Origin: Candidatus Sumerlaeaceae bacterium | GTDB lineage: Bacteria > Sumerlaeota > Sumerlaeia > Sumerlaeales > Sumerlaeaceae | Assembly: GCA_051003195.1 (NCBI GenBank) | Contig: JBPCLP010000045.1 | Coordinates: 32,001-96,000, forward strand | Reading direction: 5' to 3' | Length of the DNA: 64,000 nucleotides | In this document: one piece after another, positions 20,101 to 28,619 of the stretch | How positions within the stretch are numbered: position 1 is the stretch's first letter | How the letters are laid out: every line of letters begins with the position of its first letter | Notes under the pieces: model-generated | Databases searched by the model: none | Told to the model about the DNA's origin: nothing | Seen by the model: only the letters and a program-made list of their open reading frames with translations | Position numbers and translations under genes: made by a program

Positions 20101-20585
20101 CTCCTGCCGCGGCGCCGGCGCGGTCTGTCATCGTCGCCCTCTTCGCGCTCTTCAGCAGTTGAGGGTTGCGCTTCTGCTTCATCTGCCACGGCAATATCAG
20201 CTTCGCTTTCTGCTTCGCGCTGTTCTTCGACTGGAGTCGCAGCGGCAATTGCCGGCATGCGTTCAGCTTCGGCTGGCTCATCCGTTTCAGCGGTGGAACT
20301 TGCAGGTCGCGACGGAATTTCCGCAGCCGGGTTGTTTTCCCGGTATTTTGCCCACAACAGGTCGCCACGAACGTCATCAAAATGCAGGAACGCGTTGCGC
20401 TCCAGCCCGATGTTCACAAAGGCAGCCTTCAGCCCCGGCAATATGCCCTCGATACGGCCTTTATAGATGTTGTTGAGAATCGTTTTCTCATCGAGCGCCT
20501 CGATATACAACTCCGTCAGCTGCTCGTCCTCAAGTATTGCGACTCGAAGCTCGCGCTCCTCGACATTAATCAGAACTTTTTTCAT
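17139..20585 (-). CDS. rne: Ribonuclease E/G family with a very large insertion inside S1
   Basis: NNIYKGRI...AAFVNIG...AFLH; QVIKEEIGMKGARISTYVSLPGRYLV; LKSGGYLIID; AIDVNTG; LRDIGGLIVIDFIDM; CPYCQGAG Zn-link. Confidence 0.93.
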   Translation of the reverse strand: MKKVLINVEERELRVAILEDEQLTELYIEALDEKTILNNIYKGRIEGILPGLKAAFVNIGLERNAFLHFDDVRGDLLWAKYRENNPAAEIPSRPASSTAETDEPAEAERMPAIAAATPVEEQREAESEADIAVADEAEAQPSTAEEREEGDDDRPRRRRGRRGGRKRHKSDADQPFDPVRDEVLDADIDDEDEDDEEAITEAPAGQPAVSSGPSQERTFQEGGVAPGGPQSDQRTNPRSERQRRRRERWEQKKLERQSRRQQGVPGGDGAPRGNTMRAPQPHPTTTAMANAWVPPAERGAAGTRGAANPYDVFSPYSMPAQPSKRQWRRQAQQDTTNWGNQRSPYAQNPNDRRESQEDFFGPRPQHRAYVPGADDDDDRQPNFGPVRSSEPFYDEDDNAPMPGNERFPGASGQGNSRPRHQGQGQGDGGQAARRKRRGGGRNRQMKRRGNQSYYAVRAKKSDSDDAKSAAAKKRTKAAEPVEEKTPARVKKIAPVAARSAIVARPKRAAKSDDTVKAKASIVASKTTARVRKTEAETKPAVADKNEKKAARPPAREKKVAIKESASARARAAAAEARAARLSSRKKTGTVSAREEAAAKAAPSTSPASPVAETQHVQGSPEPQKGSAETPERPAKGQREDRHRDRRGRRSGRRGRGAAPAEAGVQSTSDTAQTGETGTSTEAQPGTSQPQTGFVPVALPTAPQQDQRPGRHDRHRDRGGRDQQPQARRWNRPPLFTETYKKGDEVMVQVIKEEIGMKGARISTYVSLPGRYLVLLPYPNEEGGISRKVEDITERKRLKRILKEISNDETAFIIRTAGIYRDEKDIRGDVDFLTHEWTAIADRYKQAEPTQLVYDDHDIIYRLARDVFDDNVSEILIDSHVEAEKLKQILDKLIPSLTEKVKVYSGAENIFQKFQVEKQIQKAARRKVWLKSGGYLIIDEAEALTAIDVNTGKAVGKDDQEKLILKTNLEASRAVARELKLRDIGGLIVIDFIDMKDPRNREQVVNELKMNLRKDRSKTSVSTISEFGLVEMTRKRVRRSLRKTLFMDCPYCQGAGVVLNEQQIWLHIKHELVKTLESTKPAPSLNVTVNSRIRGYVDQNYRDAIRRLEQRYDVEIRFSMSDVFHVENYAIEKAGAVAVPAVAAAAGGR

Positions 20586-20846
20586 GCGGAAGTGGGTAAA
20601 TCCCCTGTCAGTATCGCATGCAACTCATTGCGCCACTAGGGTACTTGTAAGCACAAACGAGTAACGTGCTGGCTCCCCGGTCGCATACGTGCCATGTGCG
20701 CTAACCAGCGCCACCTGACCTAGCTTTTTAACGCCACCGGGGCTATAAATTCGAAATTACTAACTACAAACGTGTGCTGCCGCCCCATAACAGCGGACGG
20801 TGTGCTCGATTTCGAATACGAGTTTTTCATGCGCAGATTGGCCATG

Positions 20847-21707
20847 TCAAGCGGGTAGCTTAGCTGTTTTTGGATCAAACATCGTCCGCTCAAAAGCAAA
20901 CTGGCGGATTTCCGCAAAGTGCTGCGCTACGGGATCCCAGTTACACTGCCGCACAATGAACTGCTCGGGGGTGAACTGCAGCACATTGTAGCTGTTTGTC
21001 CGGTCTTCGCCGCGGGTGCGTTCGCTCGTTGCCGTGCCAACGCAAATCAAAGCCACTGGACGGCGAATCGCAGGAAAGAATTCCTCAGTGGTTGTGACCC
21101 GGTTATAGTGGGCGTGCCCATGCAACACTGCATGGGCCCCGGCCTTCGAGAACTCGTTCAGCACATGCTCCGCGTTCGGCATTACTCCTGGGCGCGCGTG
21201 TCCGGGAATGTTTGCGAAATGCTGATGCACCACGATGATTCGCCACATCTCTTCGGGCAGTTCTTTCATCCATGCTTTACTGCGCAGCATGTCTGCGTCC
21301 CTTACAATTCCCTGCTGGTGACGCATCGGGTTAACGGTGTTTAAACCCAGGAAGCCAACGTGCGGCAGAACCAACGGGTTCGTGGACAGATCGTCCATAT
21401 ACGCATGGTAGTTTGCAAACGGATTGACCGCACGCGCCAGCACGTTGTACAGTGGCACATCATGGTTTCCCGGGATAATCAGCAGCGGGACCTCCACGCG
21501 TTTGAAAAAATCCCGCGCCTGCGCAAATTGACCAGAGCGCGCGCGCATCGTCAGATCGCCCGACACCACAACTGCATCGGGCTTTACCTCTACAATTCGC
21601 TCAAGCAGTTGCTCTGCACGTGGCGCAATAAACCCGTGGCCGTAATGCAGATCCGAGCAATGGACGACGGTTGTCGCGCGAACAGGATTTTCTACCGGGC
21701 TGCTCAG
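20847..21707 (-). CDS. Calcineurin-like metallophosphoesterase (CpdA/Icc-like), apparent CTG start
   Basis: HCSDLH lies upstream of the ORF-track start; also SGDLT, PGNHD, GHAH. No ATG, GTG or TTG between the upstream in-frame TAG and DLH. Confidence 0.85.
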   Translation of the reverse strand: MSSPVENPVRATTVVHCSDLHYGHGFIAPRAEQLLERIVEVKPDAVVVSGDLTMRARSGQFAQARDFFKRVEVPLLIIPGNHDVPLYNVLARAVNPFANYHAYMDDLSTNPLVLPHVGFLGLNTVNPMRHQQGIVRDADMLRSKAWMKELPEEMWRIIVVHQHFANIPGHARPGVMPNAEHVLNEFSKAGAHAVLHGHAHYNRVTTTEEFFPAIRRPVALICVGTATSERTRGEDRTNSYNVLQFTPEQFIVRQCNWDPVAQHFAEIRQFAFERTMFDPKTAKLPA

Positions 21708-21737
21708 GGCGTGCAGGTTCCAGCTCTAATCAGCATA

Positions 21738-22229
21738 TCACCGATATCCGCATGCGGAAATGATTGCGCGAATCGCATTCAAGTCGACGCGAACCCATAC
21801 CTGGACGCATGCACACGCAGGAAACACCTGCCAGTCGACAAGCTCCGCAGTCCGTATGTACTCCAGCACTTTCGCTTTGAGACGGATGTCCCGCGTAATG
21901 ACATCATTCACAGTCCTGCCACGGCTGATCGGCATCGATCCGACAACCTCATGGATCTGTCGACGCGCTTTGGCCTCGGCATCATTCTGCGCGACCCGCC
22001 GTTGCGTACCCGGCACCGAAACCGGTCGAAATCCTGCTGTTGCGGTCACCACGTAGTAGTCCGGCAATGCAACAGGCTGTTGCGCGGGAGACGGGCCAGC
22101 CATAGCGCTGAGCACTATAACGACGACCATGAACGCCGGAGACCATTGAGAGCCGAAACTCCGCAATCCGCCACAGATGCTTTTCACCGCAGCGCCATGT
22201 CCGCTCCGCTTCGCCACCAGTACACCCAT
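21738..22229 (-). CDS. Exported hypothetical protein, possibly LPP20/FlgP-like
   Basis: Hydrophobic signal-like segment; RRVAQNDAEAKARRQIHEVV...TVNDVITRDIRLKAKV resembles LPP20-type domains. Confidence 0.5.
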   Translation of the reverse strand: MGVLVAKRSGHGAAVKSICGGLRSFGSQWSPAFMVVVIVLSAMAGPSPAQQPVALPDYYVVTATAGFRPVSVPGTQRRVAQNDAEAKARRQIHEVVGSMPISRGRTVNDVITRDIRLKAKVLEYIRTAELVDWQVFPACACVQVWVRVDLNAIRAIISACGYR

Positions 22230-22230
22230 T

Positions 22231-23349
22231 CTATTGCTCCTTTGGGTTTCGGATAATGATGCCCACCCCGCCCTTGTCTAGCCACACTTTTCCGATATCC
22301 TCTTCGGTATAATCAATAGCGCCGCCCTTTGGACCAGCTGAGTAGGGATCGTTCACAATATAATCCCCGTTGCGCCGAAACCCACGCAATAACATCAGGT
22401 GGCCGCCGCTGGCACTGTAGAGAGCCCGGTTCAATTCACCTTTTCCAACCCGGATGCTTGCCATGATCGGTTGGCCCTCGAGCAGCATCTGCTTCACCTG
22501 GGCGTGAGTGCGAAAACGCTGCACCCAGGCTTCGCAGCCGTTATTAGCGGCCGTTTGCGCTGCGCGTGGCCACACTCCGTAAATCTTGTGTTCGGCATCA
22601 TACGCTTCCGCCGCCACATCCAGCGTCGACTTGTCAATACCTGCTCTTTCGAGCATCATCGCAACGCAAGTGGGGCAACAAATTTTCTCTCGCAGCCTGG
22701 GAACAGAAACATCCAGCTGGCTGCGGTAGGGCACCCGGATCGCCTGGGCCCTCGCCGCGCGAAAGCCGTTTGTTTCCGCATTACGTGCTGCATACAAGCC
22801 CGCATCTCCAGACGTATTACTAACCGAGATAAAGAAGCGCTCCAGTACGGGTTGCTGAACGGGTAGCCCAGAAGCATGCGGCGCACTCTCCAGCTCAACG
22901 CGATACTGAAACCACGTTGCCGCACGCGACAGTTCCAGGTAATCAATGTGAACAATTCCCCAGCGACTCGACCTGGTTGTTGGATGTTCAGGCGGATGCT
23001 GTGCGGAGGTGCCGCCGCTGCCAAAATAAAACCACGGTGACCAGCGCACCGACTCATCCGCGACGCGAAGATAAATACGGTAGCCCTGTGTGGATTCGTC
23101 CAAACGCAGATTCCATGACGGGAGCACTTCGTGAAACTGGAATTCCGCTCTGGTCGGTTTCGAAGTATACGTGCCCCGTACCTTCTTCGCACCAGCTCGC
23201 GATTTGCCGTTCGGCTGGGATGTGAGCAATAACGCATGCCGTCGCCGGCTCCAGGTCAGGTTCCGGCGTTCACCATCAAAGTCCCCCGCAGCAACAGCCC
23301 GGTAGAGCGCGTCCACAGCGAACTGCGGGCGGTTCAGAAAATTACGCAT
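22231..23349 (-). CDS. Peptidase C39-like family protein
   Basis: VPYRSQ...CCPTCVAM (Q/C), GHLMLLRGF (H), VNDPY (D). Start placed at ATG 23349. Confidence 0.85.
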   Translation of the reverse strand: MRNFLNRPQFAVDALYRAVAAGDFDGERRNLTWSRRRHALLLTSQPNGKSRAGAKKVRGTYTSKPTRAEFQFHEVLPSWNLRLDESTQGYRIYLRVADESVRWSPWFYFGSGGTSAQHPPEHPTTRSSRWGIVHIDYLELSRAATWFQYRVELESAPHASGLPVQQPVLERFFISVSNTSGDAGLYAARNAETNGFRAARAQAIRVPYRSQLDVSVPRLREKICCPTCVAMMLERAGIDKSTLDVAAEAYDAEHKIYGVWPRAAQTAANNGCEAWVQRFRTHAQVKQMLLEGQPIMASIRVGKGELNRALYSASGGHLMLLRGFRRNGDYIVNDPYSAGPKGGAIDYTEEDIGKVWLDKGGVGIIIRNPKEQ

Positions 23350-23389
23350 GGCTCCGCAGTCGGACCGTGACCTGGCATTCGCACTTGCG

Positions 23390-25195
23390 CTAACGCGAGC
23401 CGGGTGAAATGCGTCGACCAGATGGTGGCGGGGGCAATTCCTGGCGTGTTGGCGTGTCGCGTTTGCTTTCTGTTTCCGCGGGCTCAATGCGAATACCTGA
23501 TTCGGCTGCGGCCGGGGATTTGCGCGCTCTGGCCGGCGTTACGGCAGGTCCACCAAGTTTGCTCACCTGGTCTACCAGCGCAGTGTCAGCGCCCTCGACT
23601 TTTAAACGGGCACTCAAGCTCGTAAGCAGATCCTTTTTGCCAAGTTTAGCAGCGGAAGCCGCTGCTTCAACCAGTGCAGACAGCCGCTCCTGCTCGCTTT
23701 TGGAATCGCGGAGCCTGTTGTCGAGCGCGGCAAGGGTGGCGCTCGCCTCCTCGTTCGACATCTGCAGTTTCAGCGAGCGTTCCAGCCGGCTGCGGTTACC
23801 CTGCTGCCGCTGAAGCGCGTAATGCTCTTCCAGTTGCTTCTCATAAGGAGCCAGCAGTTGCGCCTGCTCAGGCGACAGATCGTCTGCTGAAAGATAAAAG
23901 AGCGCAAGCTCCGCATCCGCGAATCTGCCGGCGTGCAACAGCTCACCAATGTTTGCGATCTGCGCATTTCGCCGTTTATCGCTCAACACACGGCGTGCAA
24001 GATCTGCCGGGCCTGAAACATCGACGACGTCCCGGAAATCATCGATTGAATCGTCAATGTCATTGAGTAGTTGTTCCGCATCGGCAAAGTGGCGCTGCTC
24101 CACCAGCAGATGAAACGTTTCAAACATCCAGCTGAGTATCTCATCGATGAGGTCGGTCCGCCCGCCTTGCAATTCATCGCTGTTCGGGAAAGTGCTCATC
24201 AGGGCACTGAGTCGCGCGCGAGCATCCAGGTAGTCGTGGTTGGCGGCGAACTCCTCACGCAACTGGCCGATCTCCCGCGCCGCCTGCACCTTTGCCCCGC
24301 TGGTCAGGTAGTCGCTGATATACGCCTTCTCCGGCACGTCGGGCGTCACATCGAGAAACTTTTCGATCTCCTGTTTCAGGTGCGCGTACGTCGTTCCGCC
24401 GGTTTCGAAGTCGAGGTACAAGTCCTTGATATCCTGCAGATAGTAATGTGCAATGTCCTCACGAAGCAGCGCCAGCCTGGAACTTGTTTCGTTATCGGGA
24501 ACATTGGCTTCCAGGGCCGTTATAGCTGCCAGTGCTTCCGAGTAGCGGTTGTTAAACTTCAGAGTCTGGATGTTCTTGATCTGCTGGTTCATGTCAGTCT
24601 TCAGCGCAAGCCGCAAGGCATCTGACGCGATATTGGTTGCGCTGCCCGGGTCGGAACTACGGCGCACCGATTCCAGTTCTTTTAATGCCTTCCCATATTT
24701 CTGCTGCTGATAGAGTTGTTTTGCCGCCGCCAGCCTGCGAACCGTCGGATCCGGCCGCAGCATATATCCCAGTGCCGAGCCCAGCCCAATTACGAGCACC
24801 ACGAGCGCCAGTGCCATCCAGCGATAGCTTTTTAAGGCCGGCAGGGTATTCTCGACCGCCTGGACACGCTGCAGATAATGGTGCGCCTTTGACAATTCCG
24901 ACGAAAGCTCTATCGCGTTCTTCCAGCACTCCCGAGCCTTCTCGTACTCGCCTTCTTTTGCGTAGAGTGTTCCCAATACCACGTGGGCGTTACTGAACCG
25001 CCGATCGAGATCCAACGCATTGCGCAGCTCGTCTATTGCTTCAGTCGTGCGTCCACGCTCCGCGTGTTCGAGCGCGTCGTTATAATGGTGCCGAGCCTTA
25101 TTGACCAGCAGGCGCAGCATGGAAATGTCCTTATCGCACGCGTAGCAGCGCTCGCGATCTTCACGGTTCTCGGTTTGACAGTAAGGACATTGCAT
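23390..25195 (-). CDS. Zinc-ribbon + TPR membrane-anchored protein
   Basis: CPYC...CYAC, TPR repeats (AHVVLGTLYAKEGEYEKARECWKNAIEL), one TM helix, helical C-terminal region. Confidence 0.8.
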   Translation of the reverse strand: MQCPYCQTENREDRERCYACDKDISMLRLLVNKARHHYNDALEHAERGRTTEAIDELRNALDLDRRFSNAHVVLGTLYAKEGEYEKARECWKNAIELSSELSKAHHYLQRVQAVENTLPALKSYRWMALALVVLVIGLGSALGYMLRPDPTVRRLAAAKQLYQQQKYGKALKELESVRRSSDPGSATNIASDALRLALKTDMNQQIKNIQTLKFNNRYSEALAAITALEANVPDNETSSRLALLREDIAHYYLQDIKDLYLDFETGGTTYAHLKQEIEKFLDVTPDVPEKAYISDYLTSGAKVQAAREIGQLREEFAANHDYLDARARLSALMSTFPNSDELQGGRTDLIDEILSWMFETFHLLVEQRHFADAEQLLNDIDDSIDDFRDVVDVSGPADLARRVLSDKRRNAQIANIGELLHAGRFADAELALFYLSADDLSPEQAQLLAPYEKQLEEHYALQRQQGNRSRLERSLKLQMSNEEASATLAALDNRLRDSKSEQERLSALVEAAASAAKLGKKDLLTSLSARLKVEGADTALVDQVSKLGGPAVTPARARKSPAAAESGIRIEPAETESKRDTPTRQELPPPPSGRRISPGSR

Positions 25196-25261
25196 TCTGA
25201 AGTATCAGGCTGATGGGGCGGCGAACCCGTTATCAAGCATAAGTGCAGTACTTCAGGGGTT

Positions 25262-26080
25262 TTATCCTGTGCCGAATTGCGCGTCGATCTGGATCGAATC
25301 GGTGATGCGGATCTGCAGATCCCGCAGCCGCAATCCGCCCAGCGACGCAGCCGCAAGCGAGACCTTGTGGCCGTTATACTGCTGGAGCTTCGGCCCTATC
25401 AGCGTCGAGACCATCGTGCCAATCATGCCCTCACTGCCGGCGTTAAGCTCCGACACTGTAGCGTTCAGTTCGTCGTCAATTTCGACAGTCGCGCCCAGGT
25501 GAACCGCCGCCTTCATCATAAACTTCTTCGCCGAGGCCTGCAACTCCGCCCGAATCTTACGCGGGCCGCGTTGGTCCAGTTTCAACTGCACGTCCTCGAT
25601 GCCCACACCATATTCCTTAGCCGCAGGGGCAATGCCGGACAACAGCATTTCCTGTAGATCGCGCTGCTTGAGCGACAAGTGAACGCGCCCGGCATTGGCA
25701 GGCTGCTCGGCGTTCGGTACAAGCCACAGCTTGCCGGATGTCTCCGAGCGATAATCGAATTTCATCTGCTCTGCCGAAAGCTCAAAATCCAGTGGCGCGA
25801 TTCCGACACGCAGCGGAAGCGCGTGCAGGTGGAATTTGCGCGCTATGAAGGCAGGACGACTGCCTGAGCGGAAACTGGGAGGCTCAGGGCGCTTGGATGG
25901 ATCCGCGATTGCGCCATTCAGGTCGATTGTGAGAGAGTCCAGATCCCCGGGAAAATCGCCTTCCATGATAACCGCATATCCCGCGCGAGGAAGCTTTATG
26001 AAAGCGGACAGCCCCTGGTTCACAGCGCGTTTGAATTCGTCGGTGCTCATCGGTTCCTGCGTACTCGCAAGCGGCAGCAT
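25262..26080 (-). CDS. Hypothetical protein (alternating beta-strand pattern, possibly TULIP/DUF2993-like)
   Basis: 272-aa ORF within a co-oriented run; fold guess is inference only. Confidence 0.55.
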   Translation of the reverse strand: MLPLASTQEPMSTDEFKRAVNQGLSAFIKLPRAGYAVIMEGDFPGDLDSLTIDLNGAIADPSKRPEPPSFRSGSRPAFIARKFHLHALPLRVGIAPLDFELSAEQMKFDYRSETSGKLWLVPNAEQPANAGRVHLSLKQRDLQEMLLSGIAPAAKEYGVGIEDVQLKLDQRGPRKIRAELQASAKKFMMKAAVHLGATVEIDDELNATVSELNAGSEGMIGTMVSTLIGPKLQQYNGHKVSLAAASLGGLRLRDLQIRITDSIQIDAQFGTG

Positions 26081-26107
26081 CTACACTCTCCTGTTTTCGT
26101 TGTCGCG

Positions 26108-27529
26108 CTACTGTTGCAACCTCCGTGCCTCGTTTGTTCGGACTACAGCCACGCTATAGGCCGGCAGGGCTTTGAGATAAAGGACATTCGTCGACGGCCC
26201 CGTCCGCTCGATATTTACCATCAGTTCCTCCGGCGCCCGTGTACTTCCCGATGCTACCGTCTCGGAAGTCACCAGATCCACCGAAAATGCGGTCATTCGC
26301 CCGATCCGTTGTGAGCCGGCCGGCCTGATTTCCACGTCCGCCGCGTCAGTCCCGGATGTATTGATCACCAGAAGCGTACATCCGCCATCGTCTGTGCGCG
26401 TCGCGTAGAACTCAACACGTCCCCTGCGCTCTGCCCCAACTACACGCCCCAGGAAATGATGGGCCAGGAGCCGGAGCACGTAGTACGTGTGGTAGGGTCT
26501 GTTCTCCGGTGTGCTCGTCACGATGCCAAAATCACCCCCGCGCGGTTTCCACTCGTTGTGAAATGCCCACCAGCACGACATGTCCGTTCCCGTCTCCGCC
26601 ATTGCTCCGTACATCTGCGCCATATAGACGGCGTTCGCCATCTCAATGGTTTGCGGCCCCGGGTGGGAAGAGGTGCTGTTGAGTCCCACCAGGCAGAATT
26701 TGGGGAGAGGTTTCCCGGGCCTGCTGCGGGCGATGAAATCTTTCAGGCGTCCAAACAGCTTACGATACTGGTCCGGCGTGCGGAACAGCTTCTCATCCTG
26801 TTCGTTTGGTGGCGAGAGTGGGAAGAACGTTGTGGTGATAATATCGAACGAGTCACCAAGTCCTGCAAGCGCTTCACGGGTCCATGAGGTGTCCGGATCC
26901 GAAAGGTGCAGGTTTGCCGCCATCTTGAGTCCCGGCTCCACGGCACGCATCGCATCGGCAATCTGTCGAAATTTCTGCGCGTAATCTGTACCGGTTGTAT
27001 GGCTCTTCGCCCACGATCCCCACACTTCGTCGCCAACTTCCCAGAACGGCACCGCTCCGTTGCCGGCACGCATTTGAATGTAGCGCGCCCACTCCGCGGC
27101 GAGCTGCGTCCCGGAAGTAAAGTTGACCGTAAAAAAACCCGGCACCCCGCACTGCCGCTGCAGTTCCAGGTATTCGTCCGTATCCATGTCGTCGGGCTTG
27201 TTGCCTTCGGAATTCCAGACATAGCTGTCCGCGTCGTTTCCGCCGGGATATTTCAGAAAACCAAGCTCCAGATCCTTCAGCCGCGCAATGGCTGTGCTGT
27301 CGCCTGCCCGCAGTTTTTCGGTTCCCGTGGTAGGGTACAACTGCTTGTCCCATCGCGCCACATTAAGTCCGTACAGCATCTTCGTCACGATGGGGCCTGT
27401 CGTCGCGTCTATATCGAGATTGAAATTAACGGTCTGGGTGGCAGCCGCAGTCGCTGCCCAGCCAGCGAGAAGTAGAGCGAAAAGGGAGCAGGGGCCTTTC
27501 CTCTGTTCTCTCCGTTTCCGCCTGTTCAA
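26108..27529 (-). CDS. Exported clan GH-A (GH51/GH79-like) glycoside hydrolase homologue with a degenerate active site
   Basis: Signal peptide; YGLN, LKYPGGNDADSYVW, WEVGDEVWG, LLVIN, LPAYSV. Expected nucleophile region reads LVGLN. Confidence 0.75.
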   Translation of the reverse strand: MNRRKRREQRKGPCSLFALLLAGWAATAAATQTVNFNLDIDATTGPIVTKMLYGLNVARWDKQLYPTTGTEKLRAGDSTAIARLKDLELGFLKYPGGNDADSYVWNSEGNKPDDMDTDEYLELQRQCGVPGFFTVNFTSGTQLAAEWARYIQMRAGNGAVPFWEVGDEVWGSWAKSHTTGTDYAQKFRQIADAMRAVEPGLKMAANLHLSDPDTSWTREALAGLGDSFDIITTTFFPLSPPNEQDEKLFRTPDQYRKLFGRLKDFIARSRPGKPLPKFCLVGLNSTSSHPGPQTIEMANAVYMAQMYGAMAETGTDMSCWWAFHNEWKPRGGDFGIVTSTPENRPYHTYYVLRLLAHHFLGRVVGAERRGRVEFYATRTDDGGCTLLVINTSGTDAADVEIRPAGSQRIGRMTAFSVDLVTSETVASGSTRAPEELMVNIERTGPSTNVLYLKALPAYSVAVVRTNEARRLQQ

Positions 27530-27539
27530 ATTAAAGCCA

Positions 27540-28619
27540 TCACTTTTCCGAAAACGGATTCGCCTGCAGCACTTCCAGTATGTGCTCGTTCACTCGCATT
27601 GCTACCAGTTCGCTGGCAACACGGATCGCGTTCATGATAGCCTTCGCACGCGATGAACCGTGACAGATGACGCAGATGCCGTTGAGACCCAGCAGCGGAG
27701 CGCCGCCGTATTCGGTGTGGTCGACCTGCTTCTTAAACTTCTTGAGCGCCGGCAACATGGCCAGTGCACCGAGCTGCGACACCACGTTGCGCTGAACCTC
27801 TTCCTTGAGGTTCGTCATGATGAACTCCGAAAGTCCTTCACCGAACTTCAGCAGCGCATTGCCGACAAACCCGTCGCAAACCACGACGTCGAAGGTGCCG
27901 CTCATGAGGTCGCGCCCCTCGGCGTTTCCGCGAAAATTCAGCGTCGATGCCCGCAACAGCTCATGCGATTCGCGAACCATCTCGTTACCCTTGGTTGCTT
28001 CCTCGCCATTCGAGAGCAAACCCACCCGGGGATTGCGCCGATGCAGAACGAAGCGTGAATAGACCGACCCCATGACCGCAAAGTGGAGAAGGTTGCGCGG
28101 TTTACAGTCGACGTTAGCCCCAATGTCCAGCAGCAGGCACGGTCGCAGTGAATGGGGAAGCACTGCCGCAATGGCGGGCCGGCTGATTCCCGGCAATCGG
28201 CGCCATGCCACCATGCAAGTCGCCATCGTCGCACCTGTGTTGCCCGCGCTGATCATTCCCCCGGCACGTTTCTCATGCACCAGGCGCGCGGCGACCGCTA
28301 CGCTCGAATCGGTTTTTTTGACGGAATCGTGAGGCTTCTCATGCATGCCCACGACCTGGCTGGCGTGCTCCACCTGGAGCCTGCGATTATAAAGCCCATG
28401 CTTTTCAACCAGCGAGTCCAGGGTTTCGCGGTTCCCGGTGCAAATCACGGTGACGTGCGGCATGGCTTCCACCGCGGCAAAGGCTCCAATCAGTGCTTCC
28501 TCCGGACCGGTCTCGACACCCATCGCATCAAGGGCAATGGTCACGGCGTGGCGAGGGCGAATGCGCGTGCGCCTTCGGACCACCACCTGCTTGCGAAGCT
28601 TCGTAAAATCTTTCGCCAT
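27540..28619 (-). CDS. plsX: Phosphate acyltransferase PlsX
   Basis: IALDAMG, SAGNTGA, LDIGANVDCKP, VVCDGFVGN, YGGAPLLG, HGSS. Confidence 0.96.
   Translation of the reverse strand: MAKDFTKLRKQVVVRRRTRIRPRHAVTIALDAMGVETGPEEALIGAFAAVEAMPHVTVICTGNRETLDSLVEKHGLYNRRLQVEHASQVVGMHEKPHDSVKKTDSSVAVAARLVHEKRAGGMISAGNTGATMATCMVAWRRLPGISRPAIAAVLPHSLRPCLLLDIGANVDCKPRNLLHFAVMGSVYSRFVLHRRNPRVGLLSNGEEATKGNEMVRESHELLRASTLNFRGNAEGRDLMSGTFDVVVCDGFVGNALLKFGEGLSEFIMTNLKEEVQRNVVSQLGALAMLPALKKFKKQVDHTEYGGAPLLGLNGICVICHGSSRAKAIMNAIRVASELVAMRVNEHILEVLQANPFSEK

Noticed and set aside
19250..20380. Long alternative-frame ORFs (376 aa minus, 302 aa plus) over the rne insert
   Set aside because: Expected in GC-rich low-complexity coding DNA; no recognisable domains.
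21704..21709. CCC-TGA as a +1 frameshift site into the phosphoesterase
   Set aside because: The needed shift is -1 or +2, not +1.
21360..22256. 298-aa plus-strand ORF
   Set aside because: Antisense to two plausible minus-strand genes in a co-oriented run; no motifs.
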